From positions 1-64,000 of the forward strand of contig UYFQ01000444.1 of the NCBI GenBank assembly GCA_900617105.1: a stretch of 64,000 bases of DNA, read 5' to 3'. A program made the translations under genes and the position numbers. The notes beneath the pieces were generated by a model. It searched no databases. It saw only the letters and a program-made list of their open reading frames with translations, and had not been told where the DNA came from. The first letter of the stretch is position 1. Each line of letters begins with the position of its first letter. Below are positions 25,101 through 42,600 of the stretch, one piece after another. This DNA is from Hydrurus foetidus (lineage: Eukaryota).

Positions 25101-28100
25101 TCATAACTTCTTCTCTCTTCTCTCTTCTCTCCCCTTCCCTCTCCTTTTCTCTCCTCTCCTCTTCTCTCCTCTCCTCTCCTCTCCTCATTCCCACCTACCC
25201 TTACATCTACCCATCTCTCACCTGATATCTCGCCTGATCCAACAGGTTCTCCTTTACATCTTGTGCAGCATCTAATAAAATCAAAACAGCCCAAGGAGTG
25301 CTCCTTAAAATATTTGCCCACACAGAAAAAGACGTAGGCTCGATTTTCTTATGAGCATTAAAAGAGCACAAACGAATTCTTTTTGAAGATTCTTTGTCGT
25401 CTGTAAGCTTTAGAATGTCAGCCTCTGCAGGAAATTTTAGGTTTTCTTGTTTTGGTTCAAGTACGTGCTCTTTAATATTCGTATTCGATTCAATTTCTAT
25501 TTTCCTTTTATTTTTCATATTATTCTGTCCCAAATCATTTTCATCCCCCAATTTCACTTTATCCCAACCATTATACTCCGTATCAGGAATTGTGATTGGA
25601 ATTTCTAGCGGCATATTATTTGCTTGATAACTATGGGGCAAATAGATAAGTCTTTCACTGTAATAAAAATACGTTATGCAATAGATATCAGTATTTTGAA
25701 TACAATATATTGTACAAAATTCAGTGTTTTTAGTACTCCAGTGACACAGTTTTCTATGTCCGAGACGAGATTATTGCATAAAATTCATGCTTCAATTGTC
25801 AACAATACGTAGGACCTGAAACTAAATCTCTGACCTGAAAAGTTCCGTAGCGATTTCAGGGGGTACAACCCTGGGGTCTACCATGCTATAATCCACCCCC
25901 ACACAACCGGATGTGCCAGGGAACCCGAGATAGTTGATTACTATAGGGGCAGGTTTCAGGGCTGGATTGAATTAAATTGAATTGAATTTAACGGAAATCT
26001 GTGAGAAGTGGAAGTAGGGGATGGGACAGGAGGAAGAGAAGGAAGGAGGTAATGGGTTTCTAGATAGCGGGGAGGTAGGGAAGGAGGAGAGCAGGAGGAG
26101 AGAGAAGGAGAAGTAGGAAGAGAGGAAAGAGAAGAATAGGTGGGAGAGACGGTTGAAGAGAGAGGGGATAGAATCAATACAACACACAAACTCACTCACA
26201 CGTACGTACCTGTTATGCCTATGCGACCTGCAGACGTGTGTGAGGTCAGGTCGACTAGAATGTCAAGTCCAAGGTCCCTCACTCGATCCGCAGCATCCAC
26301 ATCATTAGGGACATTTTTAATGTCCAAGAAAAGCGGTGAGCGGCTTTGAATGTGTTTTCTTGTTGTCGAATTATCGTTAGGACCGAAGGAGATGGTAACG
26401 GACGAAATCTAAAGACACGTACGGTGCAGTAAATATTTGCCATGATTATTTTAAGCAGTACTTGTTGTTGTTTAAAAAATGCAGTGCAGTATTTCTTATC
26501 GTAGCCTGACTGCCATATCAAGGAGCGCATCTTGTGCGGTAACCATGGTGTACAGCAAAAGGTCATATTTGTATGTGTATGCGAGTATTAGTTTAGTTGC
26601 TGTGACACGACAGATTTTGACAGTACAAAACTTGATATGCCGTGGTATAGCATGACAGAACATGATGTAGTCTTCCATAGCTTGACATAATTCAACATGT
26701 GACAAAATCAATCAGGGTAAAGTAACTAAATAGTTGCACACACACACTCACTCTCAACTTCTATCTATTCCTATTCACCGGACCTTGGATTCGTTGTGCG
26801 TGGTGAGCAGCGCCTTGGTCAGTCTCCCCATAGGGTGGGACCGACAATCGTAACTAATATACCCCACACGCACAGACCTTGTACCTCTCATTCCAGAATT
26901 GTCACTTGATGATTTATTGTTCGTACTATTATTCTGATTATTTTTCTCATAATAGTTCTCATTATTACAAATGGAATTAGTCGAAGATTCAAAATGACGA
27001 ATTCTGTTTTCAGTACTATAATTTTTTTTTCTTCTTTCCCATTCTAATTTAGGACTATTTTGAAAGGATCTTGGACCTAAAGGACAGGAACTTTCACACG
27101 CTCTTTTATGACTTTTCGCACTTGCATACCGCAGCAGAGAATAGGTGTACGGATCTACCGAGACAGACATGCTGCCAGCTGCCTCCTCAATTGAAACCTT
27201 TTTGACTTCGACTTTTATTTTATTTCTTCCCCTTTTTTTACTTCTTTTCCGATCAATTTTATCATTATTACTAACACCATCACCATCATATTTATTACCT
27301 ATGTTGACAAATTCACTGTTATCATTATCATCACTGTTATATTGATCATGATCACTGTTATCGTCATTGTCATTATCATCATCGTCTTCTCTCTTTCTTA
27401 TCATGGAGTCCAGGAGATCTTCATAATCCTCGTATTCATACCAGTTACAACTTAAACTCTGTAATCGAAATTATTAGTACACGGCAGTGGTTAGTGCGAA
27501 GAGGATTAGCGTGATTTATTTTTACGCTTAGTTTACGTACGTAATTGTGACGTAAGTGCAATGATAGAAGTACACACCTGTGCAGCAAAAGCATTACTGA
27601 TGGTCCATTTTTTGATTGAATCTATCGACATCCTAAGATTATATTCGCCTCCTATCATAATGTGAATGATTTGCTTGTTCAAAAGATGACGTGAAAAATA
27701 CTCATTCAGTTGTTTTCACAAGATCTTCCGAAATCACATTCTCTATTCTTCATTCTTTATTGCCGCGACATCGACTACCAATCTTACCTTCGTGGGCAGC
27801 GGAATCCTCCAGCAGACTAATAGCTGAGCGAAACGATTTCAACGCATCCGTCAAACGTCCACTTTCTCTGAAGCACTGGCCCATATTGTTTAAAATCATA
27901 ACCTGTCAAATATGTTATTTGTTCGCCGAAATACGTCAAACTGAAAACTTTAAGACTATTTGCTTCTTAAATAAGATTTCCTTCCTAGGCGTTGCTGACC
28001 TTTTCGATTACATTCTCAGTATCAGATATCTCAATAGCTTTCTTGTAATGTGCAATTGCCTGCTTAAACTCATTCATTCTAAAGTGAAAGTTCCCAATAT

Positions 28101-28635
28101 TCATGGAGGCCATCGAATGATTTGGATCGGCAATCAAAGCTCTCAAGAAATAAGAATGTCCCTTACGATGGTCGCTGATTTCAGTGTAGACCAATCCGAT
28201 CGAGAACAAGACATTTGCATTTAGAGGTGACAAGATGTTGGCCTCTAGTAGTATCGTAATCACATCTCCTACTGTTTCTGCGCTTCTGCCTTTAATCATC
28301 TTGAACATCAAGAGGGCCAGATTGGTCAGAGCTGACGCTTTGAGCTCATTTGAACCAAAGTAACCAACAGACGACTTGTGATGAGCAATGGCTGTCTCAG
28401 GATCGCTTGGCTCCAAGAGGATCGCAATGTTTTGATGTGCTTCAGGAAAATCATGTTTCAAAGCCAGCGCAGACTTGTAGTTACGAATAGCGCATTCAGT
28501 GTCCCGGATAATGGAGCACTTGATGCCCTCATTGTACACTTCGTACGCTTTCAGGTTAGAATCTGTCGATCTCAACACAGCACATAGCCCACATAACAGC
28601 AGGCTCCAGAAATCTCTAGAGCATATTCGTCGCAT
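22151..28635 (-). CDS. TPR + GT41 (O-GlcNAc transferase/SPINDLY-like) glycosyltransferase with a predicted N-terminal signal peptide, multi-exon
   Basis: TPR repeats in exons 1-2. Catalytic-domain motifs: RVGYISYDCRSHPMG, LDILVDLTSHT, NYLGFPGTSG, YLPHSYQAN, CSFNAHKKIEP, DTFVYGAHTT..DMLWMGVP..RMPSRVASG. First in-frame stop is TAA at 22151-22153. Confidence 0.85.
23703..23886. repeat. (CACAT/CACAC)n intronic microsatellite
   Basis: Direct read. Confidence 0.9.
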
Positions 28636-29463
28636 GAAGCGAACTCCCACCAGCAGGTTCAACAGGAAAACTGGTCGAGAGTTCAGAACATACTAACTGT
28701 CTGATTACTGTGGAAATACTTCCTCATGAATGGGAAAACCTCTCTTCTGTGGAATATTCTTTGTCATCGGATTTTAACTTTTATCATCTAAAATACTGAA
28801 AATACTGATACTGAACGCTGAAAACTGAAAACTGGTCTCCATAAATTTCATTTTTGTGTCGTTCCGAAGAGTCTGTTGGAGGAACGGAATGCACTGACTG
28901 TTGACAGTTGTTTTTTTGTCGCGCGCTACAGCATTGATCATTTGTTCACAACTAAGTGAATTTAATGACTTCCCATAAGGATTCCGACTGCGACAAACCA
29001 ACTCGAACTTGGATTTTTAATTTCTTGAACTTGGAGAAAAATACTTTCAATGAACGGAGTCACTATTTACATTGTAACGTGAAATCACATTCCATGATGA
29101 ACTTATTTCCTTCACGTAGATGGTAAGATGGACACCGATAAAATCCTGACGAAAATATGAACAGAATATTAGGGTGGTCATATTGAACCACAATCATCCC
29201 GCCTTCATCAATAGAAATTTTCTTGTAAACTACCATGATGAAAACGAATTCCGTACTTTACCGTCCATCAACTAATGAAACGAGAAAATTTCATACAGTC
29301 TGTGTCGTTTCAATGAGCGCTACAGTAAGCTCGTCTATCATTTGTCTCACAATTTCCGGCTAGAATTCTCGCTTGGAAAACAGGATTTGTTCACTCTGCA
29401 AAATTTCGGGTACTGTGATGTAGGTTGTGGGAGGCTTTCAGTCCTTGTGTGCTGGGAGCTGGG

Positions 29464-30467
29464 CGTTCAGGTCAAATTTATCCGGATAGTCCTCTGATTG
29501 CCATCGTCGTACGTCTTCTGTCGTTCAGGTCAAATTTATCCGGATAGTCTTAGGAGATGCCGCCACGGCAGCGCAGGTTCTCTGGCGTGGAAGGAGCAGG
29601 GACCGCTGACCGGAGCCGGACCCCTCAGGGACGGAGATAGGGGGGAATACCACGGGACAACGCCACCCGGCACACGGAGCTTGGACCGCCACCCCATGTC
29701 GTGTTATTAGCCTCAACGGAGTTTAGTTCGTCACAACACACATTTGAAAAAGAGGGTTCAAATGCGATGGATGGAAATTGAAGCGTTTGTTGATGACAGC
29801 ACGCTGTCACAATTATTTGAAACGCCTGATTTCAAGGAGATCCATCATCGTTCAATTCACCCCGTAGCCAGCCATTCCTACAGAGATATTACAACGTTTA
29901 CAATGAATTTGTTGTTTGAGGTTACCTGACCATTTGCGTGTCAGTTGGTGAAGGGCATCCTGACCCAAGGTCTGCCCCCGCGACCCCGCCCCCAAACCCC
30001 AGTCTGGGGCGGGGGTAGGGGGACCAAATAAGCTAGACGCGCAAGCGACACCACCCGTAAGGCCACAATTCACCGTGTCGATAGATTTTGATCATAGAAT
30101 TTGACGGAATCTATGGAAAAAAAAGGGCTGCCGAAAACGAAATTCGATAGAATTAATTGAAAACCGTGAAATATTCTATCGTCAAATTCTATGATCAAAA
30201 TCTATCGACACGGTGAATTGAAAACCGTGAAATATTCTATCGTCAAATTCTATTATCAAAATCTATCGACACGGTGAATTGTGGCCTAAGTTGACATTAT
30301 CAACACATTCGTTTAAAGCAATCCGGCCTTCCCTTCGTGCTCGGCAAGCGAGGGGCGTAGTAGGAGAGGAGCACGACAGGGAGCCCGGCAACCAGTATTC
30401 CCCAAAGGGGACAGGACACCGACAGCAGAAGACAGCTCTCTGATTTCCATCGTCGTATGTCGTGTGT
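29464..30467. mobile_element. Candidate non-autonomous element with A-B-A-X-B split direct repeats
   Basis: A (28 bp, identical) at 29464-29491 and 29522-29549. B (30 bp, 26/30 identical) at 29492-29521 and 30438-30467. Interior is largely GC-rich. Confidence 0.45.
30061..30286. mobile_element. Tourist-like (PIF/Harbinger) MITE with TAA target duplication
   Basis: TAA|GGCCACAATTCACCGTGTCGATAGATTTTGAT...ATCAAAATCTATCGACACGGTGAATTGTGGCC|TAA; TIR about 46 bp. Confidence 0.9.
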
Positions 30468-30830
30468 ACAATGTTCGATAAAACTAAAAATCCATAGTTC
30501 TGCACTAATTTATTTCGAAAAAATGAAACTCTCGCTCCGCCTCAAACGGACAATTTCTGTGGGAGGAGACGAGACCGCACACAGCAAACAGCAAGCAGCA
30601 GCAAGACCGACCATGCTTGCAATTATCTCCGGCAAGTCGTGCCGCTCCTTCCTTCCCGACCGTACATATAGATCGTTCGATAAACTGGACAGCAGTCCAA
30701 GAGGGTGACATCGTATGGGAACGATTTTTTTCTGATACAGTAGTCTCCAATGCCTTGTGAAGAAAAATTGAATTTTCATCATTGTTATTTAAATACAATA
30801 TTATAACTGGCTGCTGAATAGCCCAACACT

Positions 30831-34620
<3,790 letters not shown>

Positions 34621-36627
34621 ATACTACCAATTTTTGGTGCAGCGATTTGTGCATGAAGACTCCACAATTTTCATTCCTACCACTCCCTCTAACACTACCT
34701 TTCTCTACTTACCTGTCTTATCTCTCCTCCTCCCTTCATTCTCCATCTATCTCTTCCCACCATCATTTTTTCAATCCCTCCATTTCTATTCTAATTCTAC
34801 GACATTAATCCATTGTGACGGCTACTTGGTAATAATGTTCTACCTCGTTCTTCTACCCTTCTCTTCTTCCTTTCTTTCCGCTCTATTCCTTTCTTTGTTC
34901 TCCTTTCCTATCTTCTTCCTCCTTCTCCCTTCTTCTCTTCCTTTCTGCACTTCTTTCCTGTCTATCCTATTTCTCCCTTCTACACAAAGACACAATTTTT
35001 TACACTTTTTTCTTTTTCATTTTCATTGTTGCGAATCTAATGAAAAAGAAAAATGATTTTTGGGTCCATCATCCTAGAGTATGCGGGTTGTTAGGTAACC
35101 ACGAAGTGTGTTCGCTACCTTCTATTTTATTGATTGAATTTTTCAGTAAAGTGAAATTAAAAATTGGTATATGGACGGTACGTTCGCTCATAGTGAACAC
35201 CGTACGTACGTATATTCAAGTATTGCGTGGGAGGTTTAGCCACTAGCTTGGAAAATATAAAAAGTAAAAAAATTGGTAATTTTCAATATTTTGCGATTTG
35301 TACCATCAGTCTCCATCTCCCTTCCAAGACTATTCTTTGACCAATTAATTCTGAGTAAAATATTACTTGTAGTAAAATTAAAAGCAACAGCATTTTAAAA
35401 ATGTGTTGGGATCGAGTTGAATCGAATTTACCGAAATGAAATGATGTCGTACAACCAAAATTTTCGATCTTTTCCAGTAGTGGAAAATCGTACGAGCGTG
35501 ATTTCCGTCAACAGCGTAAAATACGGAAATAATTAAAGACTTCACATTCATCAGCGTCTTCGGAGACACAGTTGAATAAACAATCGCGGACAAGAGAATT
35601 TCCTTCGGATTCAAATGTGTTGACTACTTGCAGACTGTGGACAACTAATGCGTATCCCGGAACCTAAGGGAATTACATCAGAAGACGGGAGACTTACCTT
35701 CTCACACTGCCTCTACTTAATTAATGCACTGCAGAACACTTTTGGTAAATCAAATCGAGACTACCTATTGACTGTACTCTTCCAATTCCTGCATCTGGTC
35801 AAAGCCAAGGAAGAGGTCTATCAATTCTCCTAAGAAAAAGAAAGATTATGTGGCTGTATGCCAATTCGTCAGTTCCATATAATCTGACGGAGACCAGGCG
35901 CATTGTCTCACCGGTATTCTGACTTGTGGGGAGGACTTCGCGGCTATTTTGGACTTGATTATTAATATCAAAAATACTACCTTCGCGTGATAAGTAATTG
36001 AGCTTCTTATTACCGCTACGAGAGACTTTCCTCAAGCTTCTCGAAATTTCCCGCATAAATACCTTGCCTTACTACATGTTAATCAGTTAACACCTTGCAC
36101 TGTTAAAACTCACACCAACTCTTCAACGTAACTCCTGTGGCGGCGTTGTCTTATTCCCTGAGAATTCTTGAGAAAAAAAAATGCAAATACGCAAATACGC
36201 ACCAGATAGAGAAAGAACTTGGATCCTGAAACGGAACACGACAACCCGACGACATTTTTATTTTTTTTCAATGACATGGGCTTGCTGAAGTCGAGACATC
36301 AAGGGCTAGGAGTTTAGGATGATGTCAGTGCCTTTCAACTACTGGCATAGAAGATAGCCGTGCCTTCAGGTCCGATTGGAGTCACGGGTCTCTGAATTCG
36401 TTCGGAATTCAGGACTGGGGCGCGTTTTGAATTTCATGAGGGACGTCCTGCAGTTGCAGCTTCCACTCATTAAAAGCAGGCTTTCATCAACTCATTACAC
36501 TTCAACTATTCCCCGAGATGGGAAATGTGCAAGTTTTCGCCGATCAGGGAATATCGATTACATGATCATATGAACAGTATAAGAGAAGGAGAAACTGATT
36601 GCTTGTTTTGAGTAACCGACTCGAATA

Positions 36628-39600
36628 ATGAGCGGTAACATTCCTCCAGGTATTCCCACGACAGCAAGAGGTGAAAACAGGGACCAATACGGCAACAAAT
36701 TCGGCAAAAAACACAATGAGGCCATATTCAAGTTCTCTGAATCACATTGGTCTTCTGATGTGAGAACGACACTGAAGACGCTGCTAAAAATCGAGATTGG
36801 TCAAAAGGCATTTCTCAAATTTCTGAAAGCGGAGTATGGCAAAGTACAACTTGACAGTTACATAGAATTTCAGGTGAGATATCACGTTCTTGCTATTCTG
36901 ATCGCACAAATCTAACGTTGCTCTCGTTTTGGACTGCATTGTGAGGACTAGACCTCATTCATGCCTGAAATAAAATACACGAAAATCAGTTGATTCGTTC
37001 ATAAAACAGTAAATATCGACCTTTCTCCTGATTATGTTGACACTTATTCAACAATACATGTGCAGAAACTTGACCAGCTCGATGCTGAAGCTCGAGCTCC
37101 TCAGGCTATGATTCTTTACAAGAACATGATGGGCCCTAGTTGCAGAGGTGACGTCATCAGAATTCTCAAGAAGATCCCTTCCTAACCATTAGAGAACATT
37201 CCTAGCAAGATTTCGATTCCTATTCAACTAATAGCACATCATTTTTCTGTACTTATTTCAATACAGAATACACAATATTCTGAAGAAAGGAATATTTCTG
37301 TATTCTCATGTTCTCATTGTTTCTTCTTTGACTTCTTAGGAGTGAGTGCGAAAGATATTGAGAACGCATCCGATGAAATGTGGGACGAAGTTGACGCAGG
37401 TAAGCCTTGCTTCTATGCAATGTAACCGTATAATGATATTAGTTGTTGTGCACCAGTGTTCGCAGGTATGACCAGGACTGCAAGAAACAAACCTTACATA
37501 CATTCGCTGCAAGGCAGAGTCTGTCGATAAGTTGCGATACCATCTAAATCGATATCATTTGTCTACACTTGATAGATCGCCACAGAGTTCTCAAACACAC
37601 GTATCTTTCTGTGATTTAGTACGTCAGTAAGCGCTTAAAGTCGAATACTAGAATATCTTTCTCACGAGCGGAATTTTCATACGTATACCTCACATCATCA
37701 TAATTCATCAAATGACTTTATTTACACTATTGCATTATTTACATCATATTAGGCCTCTATGCGACAATCGAGGATGCAGTTGTGATGCGTCACTTGTCGC
37801 AAGAGGCGGAACTCACGTTAGGAATGCTCGCATTCGATGCCTTTCCTAGATTTCTAAACAAGTAAGAAATGATGTTTTATTTTTTATTTTGTGTTATGCA
37901 CTTTGTGTTCTGTAATTCGCGCTTAATTGTGCTCATAATGCATTCTGTTCACGATTTCAAAGGTGTACTCTGTAACACATTTTTGTATGTTTATGTGACT
38001 TTTCTGTTGAATTTCTGTGTTTTATTAAATGCCTATTATTGCAACATATAACTTCTCATTTTATTTATACCGAGTATCTTGAGAACAATCGCTACTTGTG
38101 TTTTCTAATAGCAACATGTGTAACATGTGCGGTCTCATTTCTACGGGGAAACAATATATAACACAAACTTGACCAATTTTATTTATTTTTTTAATAACAT
38201 CTTAGTCGGTTTTGCACCCAAGTCCTGGTCGACATAAAAGCTTCAGGTAAAAATATAAGAATACTAGAAGGGACTAAATAGAATATGAGATATTAGTTCT
38301 GATCTTGACGGCAATTGAAGTCATTTAAGCCATGATTATCTGGATCAGTAATTATCTGTCTGATATATCTTTACATCATACATACTTTATTTAATCTGAT
38401 ATTTTTATAACTATCATACATAAAGAACTAAATCATGATGCTTTTCAAAATATATATTGCATTTGATTCGTCACATTCGATAACTTTGTTCACTAACATT
38501 ATTTCTCATTTTGTTTCTTATTTCATTTCTTACAGGCGTGAATAGCAAACTAGAAATGATGGTAGCCGAAATGAAAGCAAGATCACCAAGAGACGCTGAC
38601 GAGTGGATAAACTCATTCGTAGCAGTCGCCGACAGATTTCCCGCCTGCATCGTCATCACCGACATGACCATAGCGGGGGGGCCTATGGTGTTCGTCAACA
38701 GAGGTTTGCATCTAATTTATGGAGTTGCATCGAACGAATTCCACCATCATCTTTCCATCACAATTTTTGTCTATATTTATCATTAGAATGCACTTTCTTT
38801 TTCCCTTCATTACCAATCTCATCTCATTTCTTTCCCTCTACCGTGCTTAACTGTAGAGTTCTCAAGGCAGACTGGATATTCGTTCAACGAAGCGGTGGGT
38901 CGGAATTGTCGGTTCTTGCAAGGTCCCGAGTCCGAGCTGGAGTCCATACAAGCCATCAGGTTTGATGTTATTATTTTTCTTTGATGATAATAATTTTTTT
39001 GTTTTTGTTTATAATCGTTATTTGTTCTTTTGGTTAGTAAGTAATATTATTTGTTGTTGTTTTTGTTTTTATTTCTATTTTTATAAGCTGCTTTGTTTAT
39101 GTGTGCAAGCAATTATTTTTCGTTTTTTCATGACTATTTTATTTACTCATTCATTAACCAATTTTGTTTGTTTGTAGTTCCTTTTCATTCATGCTTGTTT
39201 ATTTGTTTGCGTGTTCGTTTGTTTGTTTGTTTGTTTGCGTGGTTGCTTGCTTGCTTGTTTGTGTGTTTATGTGTTTGTTTATCTGATGATTTAGTTCTTC
39301 ACTGATTTCATACGACTGAATTGCAAGACTCAACGAAAGCGTCCTAAAGTTCCCCTTGAACTGGCGTCCTCTAATTCTGAAGTACACACGCACTTCCTCT
39401 GTAACCATTGCTCCTTCTCTCCTAAAGGTACATCTCATTCACATCAATTTAAATTTAATTATTATCACCATCTAATATACTCTTCAGGAGCAATTTAAGT
39501 AAAGGAAAAGTATGCCGTGTAAAAATCACAAATTACCGTAAAAACGGCCAAACATTTCAAAATTTACTGTCAATGAGACCCATTTTAGACAGTGAAAATA

Positions 39601-42600
39601 TTTACCGATTTGTAGTCGGTGTACAATTCGTAGTTGAGAATAACACGGATTTGACCCGTAGACTGATTCAGCTAGACAAGCTCTTTCATCTTTTGCCGTC
39701 TAAGATTCCGTTGAAATCCCGACCCACTGCACGTACAAACGGTACGTACACTTTGATAGAATCATTTTTCCTCCTCTACTGGTTTTTTTAATCCTATTTC
39801 AATGAAAGATAAAACAGGCAATTTTTGATCATTATTTATTCTTTCATTAAACTCAGGCATGCTGGCGATTAAGAAAGATGAAGAACACAACCCTTTCATG
39901 CGTAAGTACAAAACACACAAAACACGTACATCTCTGTAGTAGGAGCATCTTGCAAATATGTCATCTTTCACAGATCACTTTACTTTTCTTTCTTTTATCG
40001 TTTCTACGGAGAATTTTACATTTGAGTTAACGTCGCACTTTGTGTTGGTATTTGGAGTACTATGAATCACGTGTCACAACACATTGCTACTCCATGTCTG
40101 ATGTAAGGTGCGCTGTACCAAGCATCACTACATTTGATCACTGTATGAATTGACCATCTCAAATTCTATCATCAAATCAAAGGAATCAGCATCTAATCTA
40201 ATACTATCAAATTCTCCAAACTCCAAATATGTACACAACAGTGATGGCCGATCAGATGAAAAGAGAATCACTATTAACGGAAAATGAGGAGGACAAATCT
40301 TTGCGTCCCAGATTGTTACACAGATCACAGATAATTACACACACAAATTGCCAAAATACCGTTTTTGGATTTACGAAAATTATGTGGTTATTGCATTCAG
40401 AAAGTGTAATTCAAAATATGATAACGGATGTGGATGGAAAAGATATGTTTTTGAAATATATTCGGGCAACCACTTTACTATATCAAGCTTACTTTGATTT
40501 TATTTGTCAATTTAATTTGGTACAACATTCTGAGGTAAGAAAATTACATACTATGAATTGCTTTTGATTAATTGATTTTGATACTGCAGTGTAGCATATA
40601 TTTTATTGCTTGTATGCATTTTGTAAGCCTTATTCCCTCGATCCTCTGCAAGTGTAAACGGCAGAATAAACATATGTTTTGAATCGTTTCTTATTTGATG
40701 TACATCAAAATTACCGACATTATCGCTTTTATTGTTTTCAGCTTAAGAAATTTATCTATGCTGTATAGTGTACAATCTTTGTGATTTTTTTCGTGAAAGA
40801 TCATTTCGTATCAAATTGCATTACATGATATCATATCATATCATATCATGGCAGCATACAATCACGTAAAACTATGCATTAAAAATATAAATTGCATTTT
40901 TATTTCTAATTTGAGTATCTAACTTAATCCGACATAGGGCGAAGAAAAGAAAAAAATACTGCGGCTGTTACATAAAAAGAAAAAAAATAATCCGATGTAT
41001 TTATGTACAACTACTGAAATAAATTACGGACATTTAAATGATCAAAAATGGGAAGATATAATTGCAGAATTAAATGAAAGAAATAAAATTGCAATAAAAT
41101 TTCTCGCAAAAGAAGTACTACCTAGATTTTTAAATTCAAAGTTAGGATTTGCTTTGATTAATATTTTACATATGAGGGAAGAAGACGGGTTGGCCGGAAT
41201 TGACCGGAATGGTGAGCCGGCTGAATTGCATATAGCGAAGGGACCGTTACGCACGGTAGCATTCAATTTGAGCAAAAAGTCTGATTCCTTTTGGTTTGAT
41301 ATGTTCAAGGTGCTCAGTGAAAGCGTGCCAATAGGTGAGTGAGTGAAGGAGTGATAAAGTGAGAGAGGAGGGAGGGAGGAGAAAGAGAGGAGGGAGGGAG
41401 GGAGGAGGGAGGTAGAGAGGAGGAGAGAGGAGGAGGGAGGAGGGAGGGAGGAGAGGAGGCAGAGAGGAGGGAGGCAGAGAGGAGGGAGGGAGGAAGGGAG
41501 GTAGAGAGTGATTGACAGAGTGCATGTGTTGGTGACAGAGAGGCTGAGTGGTTTGTGCATTGGAGTTGATGCATGTATCACCGAGACAGAATGAAATGTC
41601 CAAAATGCAGAATGAAGAGGGTTGAGCATGGCTGAGATCGCTGTTCTCACTTTGGATTTGTCAGCACTCTCGGACTTTTCATTCTGTTTCGATAGAACAG
41701 TGATCCTGTTCTATTTGTTGTATATGAGCTAATTAATTTACTGCTTATCTCTCTCCCTCACCCCTCTATTCAGGTATGGTGATCAGCGACATGTCCGTTC
41801 CCGGGTGTCCTCTCGTGCATCTGAACAAAGCGTTCTCCGACCTCACCGGATACCAAAAGGACAGAATAGGAACAAACTGCAAATTCTTACAAGTACACAC
41901 GACAGAGCGTGTTTGTAAAATCTGTTGTCACTGACGATATTTGATATATTCCCAAATGAGTCAGTAGCTATCTTCGTGCGTATGAAGCGAGAGATTTACT
42001 GTATTACTTGAATGATGGAGCTGGATGTGTTCCTCGTCAATGCGCGTTACTGTTATTACTGATGCGAAGAGAAAACAGTACAACTTGTCGCTTAAATAGT
42101 TCCACATCAGCAATATTGCACTGCACACATCGCACTCTACTGTACTGTCACTCATCTTGCTGCTATGAACTACGCCACACCGCACTGTACTGTACTGTTA
42201 CTCATCTTGCTGCTATGAACTACGCCACACCGCACTGTACTGTACTGTTACTCATCTTGCTGATATGAACTACGCCACACCGCACTGTACTGTACTGTCA
42301 CTCATCTTGCTGATATGAACTACGCCACACCGCACTGTACTGTACTGTCACTCATCTTGCTGATATGAACTACGCCACACCGCACTGTACTGTACTGTTA
42401 CTCATCTTGCTGCTATGAACTACGCCACACCGCACTGTACTGTACTGTTACTCATCTTGCTGCTATGAACTGAACTGCACTGTACTGTACTGTCACTCAT
42501 CTTGCTGATATGAACTACGCCACACCGCACTGTACTGTACTGTTACTCATCTTGCTGATATGAACTACGCCACACCGCACTGTACTGTACTGTTACTCAT

